From Felis catus (taxonomy: Eukaryota): a stretch of 64,000 bases of DNA. The notes under the pieces are model-generated. The model made no database searches and was not told the origin of the DNA. It saw only the letters and a list, made by a program, of their open reading frames with translations. Of the stretch, positions 47,543 through 60,108 are shown in pieces. Location of the stretch: NCBI RefSeq assembly GCF_018350175.1, contig NC_058368.1, positions 201,626,001 through 201,690,000 on the forward strand, written 5' to 3'. Made by a program: the position numbers and the translations under genes. Within the stretch, counting starts at the first letter, position 1, and every line of letters begins with the position of its first letter.

Positions 47543-48345
47543 TGTATTCTGGTTGTCTCTCACTACCTACCAAACAACCCAAAGTTTAGTGGTTTAAAAC
47601 AATTATTCATTTTGCTAAAAAATATGTCATTTGGACAGAGCTCTCTGTGGACAGCTCAACTCTATCCCTTGAAGCATCCCCTGGAGTGGCCTGACCAGGG
47701 CTGGAGATTCCACTTCCATGGTGTCTCATCTACATGGAGCTTGGACTGGTTGTCAGCTAGAAGCTCCCCTGGGGCCTACAGCCAAAGATCTTTCTTTCCC
47801 TCCCTATGCACTTCTCCATGGAGTGCTTGGGCTTCCTCTCATAAGGCAGCTCAGTCTCAGATGTGAGTGTAAGAGACAGTAGGAGCTGTAGTCCCTGAAA
47901 ACACTGGCCCAGAAAGTGGTCCAGTGTTACTTCTGCTGTATTCAATTGGTCAAGTGCTATAGACTGAATGTTTGTGTCTCCCAAAATTCATATGTTGAAA
48001 CCTAATCCCCAGTGTGATGATATTTGGAGGTGGGCCTTTGGAGGTGATTACGTCATAAGGGTGCATCCCTTTTATAAGGGTGCCCTTATAAAAGCCCAGA
48101 GAGCTCCCTCACTCTCTCTGCCATGTAGGTGCACAGCAGAAAGATGGTGGGCTATGAACTCCACCAGACACCTAATCTGCTGGCACCTTGATCTTGGACT
48201 TTGCAGCCTCCAGATCTGTAAGAGATAAATTTCTGTTGTTTAAGCCCACCAGCCTATGATATTTTGCTATATAGCAACCTAAATGAACTAAGACATCAAG
48301 GTAGTCACAGCATCCCCTCGATTCCAAGGGAAGGATGTATCATAC
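47543..48345 (-). mobile_element. Old MaLR LTR (MLT1H/G-like), host of a nested LTR
   Basis: AACAACCCAAAGTTTAGTGGTTTAAAACAA...GCTTGGGCTTCCTC...ACTTCTGCTGTATTCAATTGGTCAAG, resuming at GTAGTCACAG after 48300. Confidence 0.75.
47955..48295 (+). mobile_element. MaLR solo LTR (MLT1A-like)
   Basis: TGCTATAGACTGAATGTTTGTGTC...AACTAAGACA. Perfect 5-bp TSD TCAAG at 47950-47954 and 48296-48300. Confidence 0.92.
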
Positions 48346-50099
48346 AATTTTATGCAACCCTGTCCTTGTCCCTGGAAAGAAGCAGTTGAGTAATCCACAC
48401 CTTTGTTAGTCTCCAAGGCATTTAAGGGAGAATCAAAAGCATAACTACCGCTGCTGCTGGCTTTGCCTTTGCCTTCTTTCCCACTCTCTTTGCTTGGAGT
48501 TTGGAAGAATCCTCTGAGGTAGATGGGAAAAGAGTATCGTCAACAATGTGGAAGTAGGGACTGACTGTATTTAGTCCATCACTCCATCACTAGTAGGTCT
48601 AATGAAAAAAAATCAACTAAAACAAAATTATTCTGTATTTTCACTCTGTACCACCTTTTGTTGCAAGTAATATGTTTTTTTAGTTGGGCTTTAGGGAAAG
48701 GAGTCAAAAAAACTTATTTAAATGGTAGGATTTACAAAGTCTATAGCAGGACTCAAGTCTTGCCTTTGAACGTCAGCTGTGATAGCATTTCAGTGGCAGA
48801 AGCAGAGTGTAAAAAAGTAAAAGTTATTGCTGGTGAGAGAAAAGAGGCTATTGAGTCTGAGTGGGGTAGCAAGGCAAGGCTTCTTAGAGCAGGGGAGGTT
48901 TTGATTAAACCATGCAACATGGCTAAGATTTGGACAGGTGCAAAAGGGGAGGGAAGACGGGGATTTTTCTAAGCGGTTATTTTAACTTTCAGCCTGAGCA
49001 ATAACCTACCAAGGGGGAGAGGCAGGCAACAAAGCTGGAGTAGATTGGGGTCAGACTGCTGAAGACCTTGGATGGCAGCCCAGGACTTCAGCACTGTGAC
49101 TGCAGCTCTGACGGGAAGCAGAAGCCTGGTAGTCATACAGGCCTGAGCTGCAGAGGCAGAGGCATTGGGAACGGAGCCTGGAGAAGGGGCCTAATGACAT
49201 TTGGGGACAGAAGCTACACCAGCATCAGGTGGGAAGCTCTTCAGTGGAAGACAGATGCAGAATTGCAGTACAAAGAGATCAGAACCCCAGGCTAATGCAT
49301 TAGGTCATCAGACAGCCTCGTGGAACTCTTTAAAGAAACAGCAGAGAAAAGAAGTGCAGAGGACTTTATGTACATAGTTGCAAACTGCTGAGCTGACAAT
49401 ATTGAGTCTAAATGGTCTCTATGACTTTCATAGTAATCAGGCTTGAGGCTCCATGTCACTGAGATTGCCTTTGTCGAGCAGTGGCAGCTATAGAAGATTT
49501 TGGAGCAAAGAAGAGGCACGCTAAGAGTGGTCCTTTAAGATTAATCACGTGGAGAGGCCAGTGGGTGACATATATACTCTAAACAGAGATCTGCCATCAC
49601 AAACTACACCGCCACCACCATCCTCCAAAGATGTTAAAGGCATCTTATATCTGGGTACTGTGCAGGGAGTGTGGAGTGATCCTCACATGATCCAATCAAA
49701 TGATTAGAACCAACGTTATTCTTCCCTGTTGGTGAAGGGGGAAGATATGAAACTGACAGGGCAAATACCTTGCTTAAATTAACAGTTCAAATTAGCATCA
49801 GAGCAGGAGGTGAAACTCTCTATGGCTCTCAATCTATTTTCATTAAGCCGTGATCACTGTTAGGTGTAGGCTGGGGCCCATTAGTTTAAGGGCTATCTCA
49901 CAAACGCCCTGAGGGGTCAGAGGGACCTTCCTCCTAGTCCCTCCATGTTGCAAAGCCCACAGTTGCCCTCTGCAGTTGCAAAAGCCTGAAACTTCAGTAG
50001 GGGCTGGAGGTTGCCCTGGAGGCCAAGTCCACACACCTGTCATCATGATAATTAAAGACAAAAACATTATTTTGTGGAGAGTGGCCCCAGGAGCTCATA

Positions 50100-50240
50100 G
50101 TTACAGCTGAAAGAAAGATCTAGGCATGTAATATCTCACACGTTGTAGACTCTTCATTTTATAGAATAGAATACCAAGATCCAGAGAGGTTAAGTAACCT
50201 AGCCAAGATCACACAGCTACTCACAAGTGGATCAAAACTA
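50100..50240 (-). mobile_element. MIR
   Basis: CTTCATTTTATAGA...CCAGAGAGGTTAAGTAACCTAGCCAAGATCACACAGCTA. Confidence 0.75.
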
Positions 50241-52619
50241 TATTTTAAGGGGCAGTTTTGATGATGGACCTTTTAAAACTCTGTTTATTTTATCTTTTAA
50301 TAGGTTTAAAGGCTAGAAAAGGAATCCAGAGTCATTCTTTATTGATCCCTTAGATATCCCCTGGTCTAAATTGTGCTCTGTGTGGCTGAAATTACCAAAA
50401 CAAATAAAAATCTTTACCACTTTTTGACTGATTTGCTTGAATCACTCTTATAGATGAAGAGTTAGTTGGAAGAGCACAGCAAGCAGTCACAGAGATGGTT
50501 GGAAACTTTCCTTGACTTTGCTTTGGGTACTCTTTATTAGAAAGCCCTTGAGGTCAACCCATGGTGTTTTATGTTTTTTTATTACCTAATCTTGACTTTC
50601 TGGGAGATACTCACTAAACAGTAACTAATTGATTAAGGTGGAGAAAATCACCCTGAACCCAGAGCTGGACAACAGTTACCTACAGGGATCTGGCCTGGTC
50701 CAAAGGTCAATGCCCCAAGGCTGTGAGCTGCAAGTGAGACAGCCAGCCATCTCTCCCAGTGGCTGTGTAGTCTGGTGCCTAACCCTGTGTGTGGAGAATG
50801 AAGGTGTATTTATTATAAGAATGTGAAACTTGGCAGTTCTCGAGAACTTAAAATTTATTTTGAACTATGGTAATAGCTGAGATGAAGTTGGGGTGGTGGT
50901 TTCTCCAATCACTATCATAAGATAGTATCCTAACATAAAGTGCCTTCTCTAGTTTTCCATGACAGAGCATTCACTCAGGGACTAGCTCACAGGTCAATTT
51001 GAAGGGAACCGGAAGAAGGTGAAGCATCACTCAAGGGCCATTACCAAAGGGGCAGACTATTAGCATACTAATGGCTCTATGAAGTCCTGTGGATCATGTG
51101 AGGTGTGGTGAAGAGAAGAGAGGTACAAAAATGGCGGGCCATTTTCACTCTGCCCGCTTCTGCTCTGGGTTCTCTGATCAAAGTCCCAGGTAAGCCAAAG
51201 GGTTCTGGACTTGAAGTCCTAAGGCTGGGTTTGCAAAGGACTTAAAACTTTCTCCCTGTCAGATGCCAGATTTGTAAAATGTGCATAAGAATATCAACCT
51301 CACATGGAAAAGATGGCTTACTCTGGGGCCAGCAGTATATAAAAACTTACACATTCATCATCATTGTCCCTGCAACCTTTTGAGGATGAAGTAATATTGT
51401 CTCCGCAATACTCAATACATTGTTTAAAAATCTCCATTCTTCTCCCATGTTTACTCCACATGATTGTCAGTCTCTCTCATGGTAAAAATTAAATCACACT
51501 TATAGACATTCCGGCAGAATGCCTGATACCTTTTTGGCGTTCTAAATTTTCCTTCTTTCCTCTTCTCCGTCCTTTCTCTCTCTCCCTCCCTTCTTTCATT
51601 TACTATCTTAAGGCACTTAGTCCTTAACCTGCCATTACATTTATGTATTTCTGTAGAATCCATGGGCATTGTGGCTCCAGCAAAGAGAGTAATCCAGAAA
51701 TATTGAATAATTCTCATCCTACAGTAAGGGTTATGATTTTACAACTTGTTTTCAAGGCATATCCATGCATCCAGGATGGTGCTTTAACACATAAAAAATT
51801 ATATCTTGGAAAAGAAGTCCTGTAGTTTTTAGAGCCCAATGGAGATACTTCCAAACGCACTTTGCCTCCTTCAAGGTTTTCCTAAGGTTAGGTCGAAACT
51901 ACCATACTAATTCCATGTAGGATAGTCCTTACACTATTTCTGATTCACTTTGTTTCTCCAGTGGAAATCTTTTGTGCTGCATCCTTGGGTCTCTGCTTCT
52001 GTTTTTTTTTTTTTTCTTTGACTCTTCTGCCAAACTAGGATTTATGATAGGCATAACCTTGCCTAGCCTATCAAAGATTTAGGTGTATTGATCATACTCT
52101 CTCTTCCACTACTTCAGCAGCCTTTCATTTCTTAGGCCTCTATGGGGGCATTTCCACCACTGGTGAGAGTTTTAGGAAGGTCTCCACTCAAGGGGCTCCT
52201 GGAAAACTTCAGCAAACACAAATCAGATTTTCAACAACAGCTACGCTAGTCTTCCCATGTTCAGTCACTGACATGTACCAGAGGCAAGTTTATAATAAAT
52301 TTTGGGCCGCATACCTCATAGAGGAAAGATTCATTTCACCACACTATTTCTTTTTTTTAAATCTGTAGTAAAAAAAAAAAAACTATTGTTTTGAAATCCT
52401 GTCTTAAGAAAATTGTCCATTTGTACTTCAGCTTATAAGAAAGATTATGACAAATGCGGATTTATAGTAAAATACACACATATAATAAATTGTAAGCATA
52501 GGGGAGCACCAAAATAAATGAATGAGCCACAATAAAATATCTTTTGTGAATGCTTTTGAAGAAGGAGGAGAACAGATGTAGGATATTCTTAGTTTCACAT
52601 AAACACAAGTTTCAGACCC

Positions 52620-52760
52620 CAAAACAACACATGAATCATCATGTCCAAATGCCTCATTTTACAAGTGAGCACATGAGGTCCTGAGAAGGTAATTGATTTG
52701 GCCAAAGCTACCTAGTCATTGAGTGACACTTCTTATTTCAAGATCCAAGTCCATCTGGGA
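52620..52760 (-). mobile_element. MIR
   Basis: CCTCATTTTACAAGTGAG...TGAGGTCCTGAGAAGG...GATTTGGCCAAAG. Confidence 0.65.
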
Positions 52761-55563
52761 TAGCAAAACAAAGCAAAACAGAACAACCATTATGCTTTAT
52801 TCAGTGCTTGCTGTTTGCAAGGCAGTTGCTCTGGAAACATAGCCCTTGCTTTTATATGGTTGCAAGTTTCCTTAGACCTGACCAATCATGGGCACTAAAA
52901 GGGTCTCTTCAATTCTATTTACCTAATGTTCAATGACTCATACTCTCCTCCTCTCATGGATGCATACCTTACGCTCTTTTGTCTTGAGGTCTCCAGGCAT
53001 CATTCATAAGTCATCATCACTGTTTCCTTTTGGCAACTGCTCACCTGATCCTCCAAGTGTCCTTATACTGCCACTGCTCTCTGGAACTTCCGTGAGACTG
53101 CTGGTGTCTATGCCAGGGGTAGTTCCACATTAAGTGTAAAAACGACTTTATTCTCCCTGGGTCACCCTTTGTCACTGAGAACCATTGGGACACAACTTGT
53201 TACCTCAAGTTTCTGGTGTATCTACTTCACTCTTCTTGTGCCCTCTGCCAGCCAGCCCTCGCTGCTTTTCCCTCACATGGCACGCGGTATGGCTGTGACT
53301 ACAATTCAATGGTTTGTATGATTCAGTCCTGTGGAGAGACTTCCTGGACATCCTGGAATTTCAATTCCAGATTCTCAGGAAAGAAAATCAGAATAAGCTA
53401 TCTTGAGTAGGATGCCTACTCCAGGTCCAGTCAGCCATGGCTAGGATTATATAATACAAACATGTCTGCAACGCGTCAGCCTCTAGGAAACAGGAGTAAA
53501 CCTCAAAAAAGGGGAAGCGGCCAACAGACTGAGCAGATGTCCAACAGGTCTCCTATGGGACCCTTACCTGAATCAGACACCGTGGTGCCCACCCCATTTC
53601 TCCTCTTCCTATTTTTTTGAAGCAAATACTTCCCCTGTGTGAACCAAAGAAGTGAATAAATACCTGTGTGCTGTTCATTTGATCAGCTTATCAGACATTC
53701 CCGAACGTTTCAGAATCCCAGCAGTGAGTGGAACTTGGGCTCACGCTTACATAAATTACTCTCCCAATATTTAAAATAATATCTATATAGTTCACCCAGA
53801 AAATTTCATCTTGTATAATAACTTGAACATAGGACTCATGTGCACAGTTTAGCTTTCTTGCTTTTCAGGGAAAACACCCAAAGCCAATGCTGATTGTATG
53901 CTAGGTAATGAAAATTAGCCATATCTTCACTCTAGAAAATCTACCCCGAGATTCCCAGTCTTTGAACCATACATTTGAGCCATAGCTCGTCCTCATGTCC
54001 AAATACTTCAAAACTCCGAGCATGATTTTAAACACCAGTGGGTAATTGCCTACAAATTAATTCTCTTGTTTGTTTACTGGGGAAACATAATAGCTTGTTT
54101 TCGTTGTGCCAGAGAAAAGGAAATCTTTTCTGTATCTCAGAATTCGGACATCCATAATAACTGCATATTCCACTTTTTTATTTGAGGCAAACCTCAGTCT
54201 ATCCCACCCAGAAGGTGCAAGTGGGGCTGTGTGGCTGCAGAACAACAATGCTTTTGCCAGGGGTGCTGGGCCCTGGCTTTCGGCGGGGACTAGGCGGGGA
54301 CTATGCAGGCCAAGTCGCCTCTCCAAGAAAAGAACAATTTGGAGAGAAATTCATCTCATTTATTGTAAAACATGAAAATGCGATTAGGTAATTTGCAATT
54401 AAAATGAGGCTTTCAGTCTTTAAATTTAAATTGCTGAATCACTTAACTTGGTGCTTACATAGTGCCTTATATATTTTGTATTTCCTGTGATTATGTCTCC
54501 TCTCCCCCGTGATGGCAGAGACCATGCACTGAACTTTTCAAATCTTCCACCGCTATTTTTATGGTACCTTATGCGGAGTAACATCTATTGCCTATTGACT
54601 TAAACTGGGTGCAAACACTTACGTTTTAATTGCATTTCTTAGATTAAATTGAATCCTCCCACTGAACGCTGAAGGTGCAAACACAATGTTATTTGCCATT
54701 CTTTATCTTGTGGAGAGTCTCTTTTGAATTTTGAATGATCTTTATAAAATGCTAAACCTCCAGCTTTCTACTAAATCTAAAATATTTTAGGTAAAATAGG
54801 AGAAAAATTACACCATGCCAAAAGTAAAAGTTGCAGCCAGCGGTCTTAAGTTCTGTCACCAGCTTCACCTGAATTCATCCCTTCCTCTGAAACAATTTTC
54901 CCTAATCGGAACAATCTTCTAAGAAGATAAGTGGAAGCTCCCACTGAGAGATACTGATCCAGGATTCTTCTGGTAAATGCTGTTAAGGTAAACACTTGGT
55001 AGCTACTCTGTCACTGAAACTCTCGTTATCTGCTCAGGAACATTCTTTTCTTGGGTGTTTAATCATCACAGAGCAACATGGACCAGGCCACAGTCTAAGG
55101 CGAGACTCGGAAGAAATCCAGGGTCTTCTGTACAAAATCTTACACATTCTAAGGAGGTATCAATGAGGCAGCTCTCTACTTACCTTCTTACTTTTATTTT
55201 TGTCTAAGCAGAAAAAAGAGTGTCAGGGAAGGGCCCAGTGTTCTTCTGCTAAGTAGGGGTAGCAAAGACGAGAGGGCCATGGCTACCACGATCTATTTTG
55301 TGCTGAATGGACCCCGATACTTGAGGTGGATGTTAGTTGCAGATAATTGCTCCTTATTTGAACCATCCTTCAGCTTAGGTCATAAGCAGATACCTCTGAA
55401 ATTTGCTGTCTCTCTTTATCCATTGCTAATACTTTCCCAAGAGAGCCATTTCCTTGTCCATTTCTTCTTTATAGAATACTTTAAATTCTACTTACAAAGA
55501 AATCTCCCTTTTAAGCACCAGCAAGGTCCCTCTTTTCCACAGCCTTCTCAGAAATTCAAAGAA

Positions 55564-56145
55564 TTAAAAATAAAATACAGAAACAACTTACATCCATTCA
55601 CAGATGAACGGATAAAGAAATGTGATAGTTACATACAGTAGAATATTACTCAGCCATAAAAAAGAAAGAAATTCTCCATTTGTGACCACGTGGATGAACC
55701 TGATCATGCTGAATGAAATAAGCCAGTCACAGAAAGGCAAATTGTGCACGATCTCACTTATATGGAGACCCTAAAAAAGACAAACTCATAGGCACAGAGA
55801 GTGGAATGGCGGTTGCCAGGGCCTGGGAGGTAGGGAAATGGGGACGTGTTGGTCAAAGGGTACAACCTTTCAGTTACAAGATGAATAAGTTCTACAGATC
55901 TAACATACAGCATGGTGACTGCTAACCACAGTGTATTGTATACTTAAAATTTGCTAAGAGAGTAGATCTTAAGTTTTCTCATTAAAAAAAGTATAGTAAT
56001 TATGCAAGGGGATGGGTGGATTAATTAACTTGATTGTGGTCATCATTTCACAACAGATATGTATATCAAAATACCATGTTGTAAGCCTTAAATACATACA
56101 ATTTTTATCTGTCAATTATACCTCAAGAAAACCGGTAAGAAAAAG
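55564..56145 (+). mobile_element. L1MA8/9-like 3' fragment
   Basis: GAATATTACTCAGCCATAAAAAAGAA...GGTCAAAGGGTACAA...TTTGCTAAGAGAGTAGATCTTAA...GTCAATTATACCTCAA. TSD AATTCAAAGAA at 55553-55563 and 56146-56156. Confidence 0.9.
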
Positions 56146-56726
56146 AATTCAAAGAAATCCCTGATTTCCCTACTTTTCTACAGTACTTATTATCAGTTCT
56201 GTCAGTACAAGTTTTATTATAAATGACATCATAGTACAGTTGTACATATAAATGTCTAAATTTCTCAGAATGTAAACTCCCAGTGAGTAAAACCAGGTAT
56301 TATAAGTGTTTTCTTTCTCTTTGGTGTTTACTCTAGAGCCCTACCCCTGGTATTTAGGAAACAAATATTTACATATTTATAAAATGTTAAATTAATGATG
56401 ATATACACACATGCTTTACTAAGACTAAAATATGAAAACTAATAAAACACTTTGAGTATGTATAATGCAAATGCATGTTCTTTCAAAATCTCTTCCTGAC
56501 AGTTATTGTGTACCTTTGCCCAAATTTCCCATCATTTTTCAGGCACCAAATCAAGTTTTTTTCCAGTACCATAATGGCATTTGTAACAGAGTAAAAAATT
56601 GGAGATAAGATTGATTTTCAGAAAACAAAATAATTGTTTTGCAACATCCTCCATGTTCTATGTGGCAGACTTCCCCAGAAATCTTGCTCCTATGCTGTTC
56701 CTATGAACATCATTTCTGGGACTTCT

Positions 56727-56932
56727 TTTTTTAATGTTTATTTATTTTTGAGCAACAGAGACAGAGCATGAGTGGGGGAGGGGCAGAGAGAGAGGGAGAC
56801 ACAGAACACGAAGCAGGCTCCAGCTCTGAGCTGTCAGCACAGAGCCCGATGCCGGGCTCGAACTCACGAACTGTGAGATCATGACCTGAGCCGAAGTCGG
56901 ACACTTAACCGACTGAGCCACCCAGGCACCCC
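56727..56932 (-). mobile_element. CanSINE (SINEC_Fc)
   Basis: Full antisense body. TSD TGGGACTTCT at 56717-56726 and 56935-56944. Confidence 0.97.
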
Positions 56933-57090
56933 AATGGGACTTCTATATACAACAAAAACCCAGGATAGCATAAAGGAAATGGTTGCTCAAGAAAGCTCTT
57001 ATATATAGTATATATACAAAACATTTAAGAAATATTAAAATAGCCATGTTCGTAGGGCAGGAAAAAGTGTTCCAAAGAAAACAATCTGAA

Positions 57091-57315
57091 TTTTCTTTAT
57101 TTAAAAAAAATGTTTTAATGTTTATTTTTGAGAGAAAGAGAGACAGAGAGCGAGCAGGGGAGGGGAAGAGACAGACACACAGATAGAATTTGAAGCAGGG
57201 TCCAGGCTCTGAGTTGTCATCACAGAGCCCAAAGCAGAGCTCTAACTCACAAACTGAGAGATCATGACCTGAGCCGAAGTCGGGCGCTTAACCAACTAAG
57301 CCACTCAGGCGCCCC
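57091..57315 (-). mobile_element. CanSINE (SINEC_Fc)
   Basis: Full antisense body. TSD AAC(A/C)ATCTGAA at 57080-57090 and 57316-57326. Confidence 0.95.
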
Positions 57316-57569
57316 AACCATCTGAAATTTAGGGGATTTAGAGTTAGGGGATTTAAAAGGCTATTCAGGGAAAGAGAATTCTGCTACCTTGTCTGTGTCC
57401 CTGAATTTGCCTTCAGGTTGTGCCCTGTTGCGTTACTTTTCACCTTGCAGTTGATGTTAGGGCCAGCGGTCGGGAGACCTGGCTGGAGGCAGTGGCCAGC
57501 AGAGTAGGACAGATCAAGCTGACCACCCCCATATCCCAACCCACACATCTGGTGGAGTGGAGTACATCT

Positions 57570-58515
57570 TCCATTTACTCCATTTACTCTTCCATTTATT
57601 CATTCATTTATTTCACAATTATTACTGAATACCTACTGAATACCAGACACACTTCCAGGTGTTAGGTATATGCCGATAAGTACAAAGACCCATCGCCTGC
57701 TCCAACAGTGTAATGGGGCCAGTCAGGCGACAAAGAAGTAAATGGCCAACTATAAATAAAAACTGTCATCAGTTCAGGCCATGAAGAAGATTTTATTTTT
57801 GATTGTGTGGAGGGACTTTGCTTATGGCATTGTGGTCAGAGAAGGTTTTGTGGAAGAAATCACAGTTAAGTTGTTACCCAAAGGATGCAAGGAGTTGGTC
57901 ATAATGGTGCTGACGGTTGGAAGAGTTCCAGACAGAGGCGTAAAAGCCTTGGGTGGGAGAAGAGCTCAGAGTTTCTGCAGAACTAAAAGAAGCCAGTGTG
58001 CTGGGTATGGAATCTGAGGGCACGATGGGGAGATGAAGTCAGGGAGCCAGAGGATAGATAAATGACGTGGGCTTGGCTTAAGTCATACACGGTAAGTAGC
58101 TTTGATTTTTTTTTTTAATAAAGTGAAATGAAAAGTTACTGAAGGTTTTAAGTAAAAGAATAAGCTAATTCCCTTTATATGTTCAAAAGATTATTGAGGC
58201 TGTTTTGCTGAGAACAGAGAAAGGGGAAGGATGCTTGCAGAAAGGCCTACTGGAGGCTGTTACAGACATTGCGTCTAGGGGAGGAAAGAACGTGTTTTGG
58301 GGGAGGGGGTGGCAGTGAGGCCAGAGAGAGGGAGACGGGTGGACTTGAGCTCTGTTTTGAAGGCAGAAGCAGTAAGACCCAGTGATAGATTTGCTGTGGA
58401 GGGTAGTAGAGAGGAAAGAATAAATGATGATGCTTTGGCTTCTGAAAGGATAGTGATCCCATTTTACCAAGGTGGGGGCAAACTAGTAAGGAATAGGCAG
58501 GAGTTTTGAGGTGAG
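57570..58515 (-). mobile_element. L2
   Basis: TTCATTCATTTATTT...ACTGAATACCTACT...GTGGTCAGAGAAGG...GAAGGTTTTAAG...TTTTGAAGGCAGAAG. Confidence 0.8.
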
Positions 58516-58556
58516 ATTAAACATCACTTATGCCTTTAAAATTAAATAGTCCTTTT

Positions 58557-58793
58557 GGGGCGCCTGGGTGGCTCAGTAGGTTGAATGTCTGACTTCAGCT
58601 CAGGTCATGATCTCACAGTTGGTGAGGTGTTTTTTGTTTTTTTGTTTTTGTTTTTTTTTTAACATGATTGGTGAGTTTGAGCCCCACATAGAGCCTACTT
58701 CGGATTCTGTGTCCCCCTCTCTTTCTGCCCTTCCCCGCCCACACTCTCTCTCTCAAAAATAAATAAAACATTTTTTAAAAATAAAAAATAAAT
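58557..58793 (+). mobile_element. CanSINE with an internal deletion and a nested T-rich insert
   Basis: GGGGCGCC start. TSD AAATTAAATA(G/A)TCCTTTT at 58539-58556 and 58794-58811. Confidence 0.93.
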
Positions 58794-58957
58794 AAATTAA
58801 ATAATCCTTTTACAAAAATAAATATAATGTAGCCTAAATAAACATAAATCTTTCTCTCTCTGTCCCTCTCTCACTTTCTTTCATACACAATAGATTTAGA
58901 ACACTTTGAAGATCATTCCTTAATTGGTAGGATACGAAACAGGCATGATCCCTAACA

Positions 58958-59471
58958 TAGAGGTTTGCAAATTCTCAGTTCATGATGCCTTTGGTGTCAT
59001 TTTTTCATGGTAGAGGCAAAAGCAAATGAATTACCTAATGTTTTTTTAAATAGCTTAATCCAAACAAATGGGAAAAAAAACCCTATATTTTACTTCATCT
59101 TTAAATAACCACAACTACATACTAATGGGTGGAATGCATATGCCCCCTGGGCACAGCACAGCTTCTGAGACTTTGCAATCAGATTGGCCATTGCCACCTT
59201 TATTTCCTCTTTCATATTGATTTCTGCATTGCTACTCGCTTTTTATCACAGCAGCTTTGGAAAAATCCGCTTCTCAAAAATATAGCATCATTAAAAGGAA
59301 CGTTGCGCTATTTAATGTTGAAACTGTGAATGTCCCTAAGCTAATAACTTGCTTGCGTCTGAAAGATGTTATATATTGCTGTTTCCCTCAAAAAGTCAAC
59401 ATATCCTGCTGTGCCCCTGTGAGTTCCCTGAGGTTCTCTGGGGGCGTCTGGCATTCAGTGTGGGAAATATG
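58958..59471 (+). mobile_element. MER119-like hAT-Charlie DNA transposon
   Basis: TTAAATAACCACAA...CTAATGGG, AATCAGATTGG, GCTTTTTATCACAGCA, TAATGTTGAAACTGTGAA and GCCCCTGTGAGTTC in the order of the recalled MER119 consensus. Degenerate terminal inverted repeats. Confidence 0.8.
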
Positions 59472-59642
59472 ACCTTCGAAGGCTCTAAGAAATTTTATGT
59501 AAACCCAAACCTGTGTTCTCAGAGCAAATAGCATTCAGGGCAGGCGCCCTGATTAGTCCAGATCTTTTCTTGAATCAGCTTCTTCCCGCTCCCCAGTGAC
59601 AAGTTACCAAAACCATTTATTTCTCCAAAGTCATTTCCATTT

Positions 59643-60108
59643 CAGGCCTACCTTGTGCCTCATTTTACTGTGCTTCCCATATACCACATTTTTTACAAGT
59701 TGAAGGTTGGTGGCGGCCCTGCATCGAGCAAGTCTATCGGCTCCATTTTTCCAACAGCATTTGCTCACATCATGTCTCTGGGTCACATTTCGGTAATTCT
59801 CAAAATATTTCAAACTTTTTTATGATTATTGTATTGGTTACGGTGATCTGTGATCGGAGATTACAGCTCACTGAAAGCTCACACAATGGTTTGCGTTTTT
59901 TATCAATAAAGTATTTTTAAATTAAGGTGTATGCATTATCTTTGTAGACACAATACTATTGCATGCTTAATAGATGGCGGTATAGTATAGATGTGACTTT
60001 TATATGCACTGGGAAACCAAAACCTTCATTTGACTTGCTTTATTGCACCATTTGCTTTATTGCAAGGGTCTGGAACCAAGCCCGCAATGATCTTCAAAGT
60101 ATAACCTG
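59643..60108 (+). mobile_element. Tigger1-derived MITE (Tigger1a_Car-like, TcMar)
   Basis: Left end CAGGC.TACCT...CGAGCAAGTCTATCGG.CCATTTTTCCAACAGCA fused to right end GCACTGGGAAACCAAAA...GGTCTGGAACC...CCTG, followed by TA. Confidence 0.88.
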
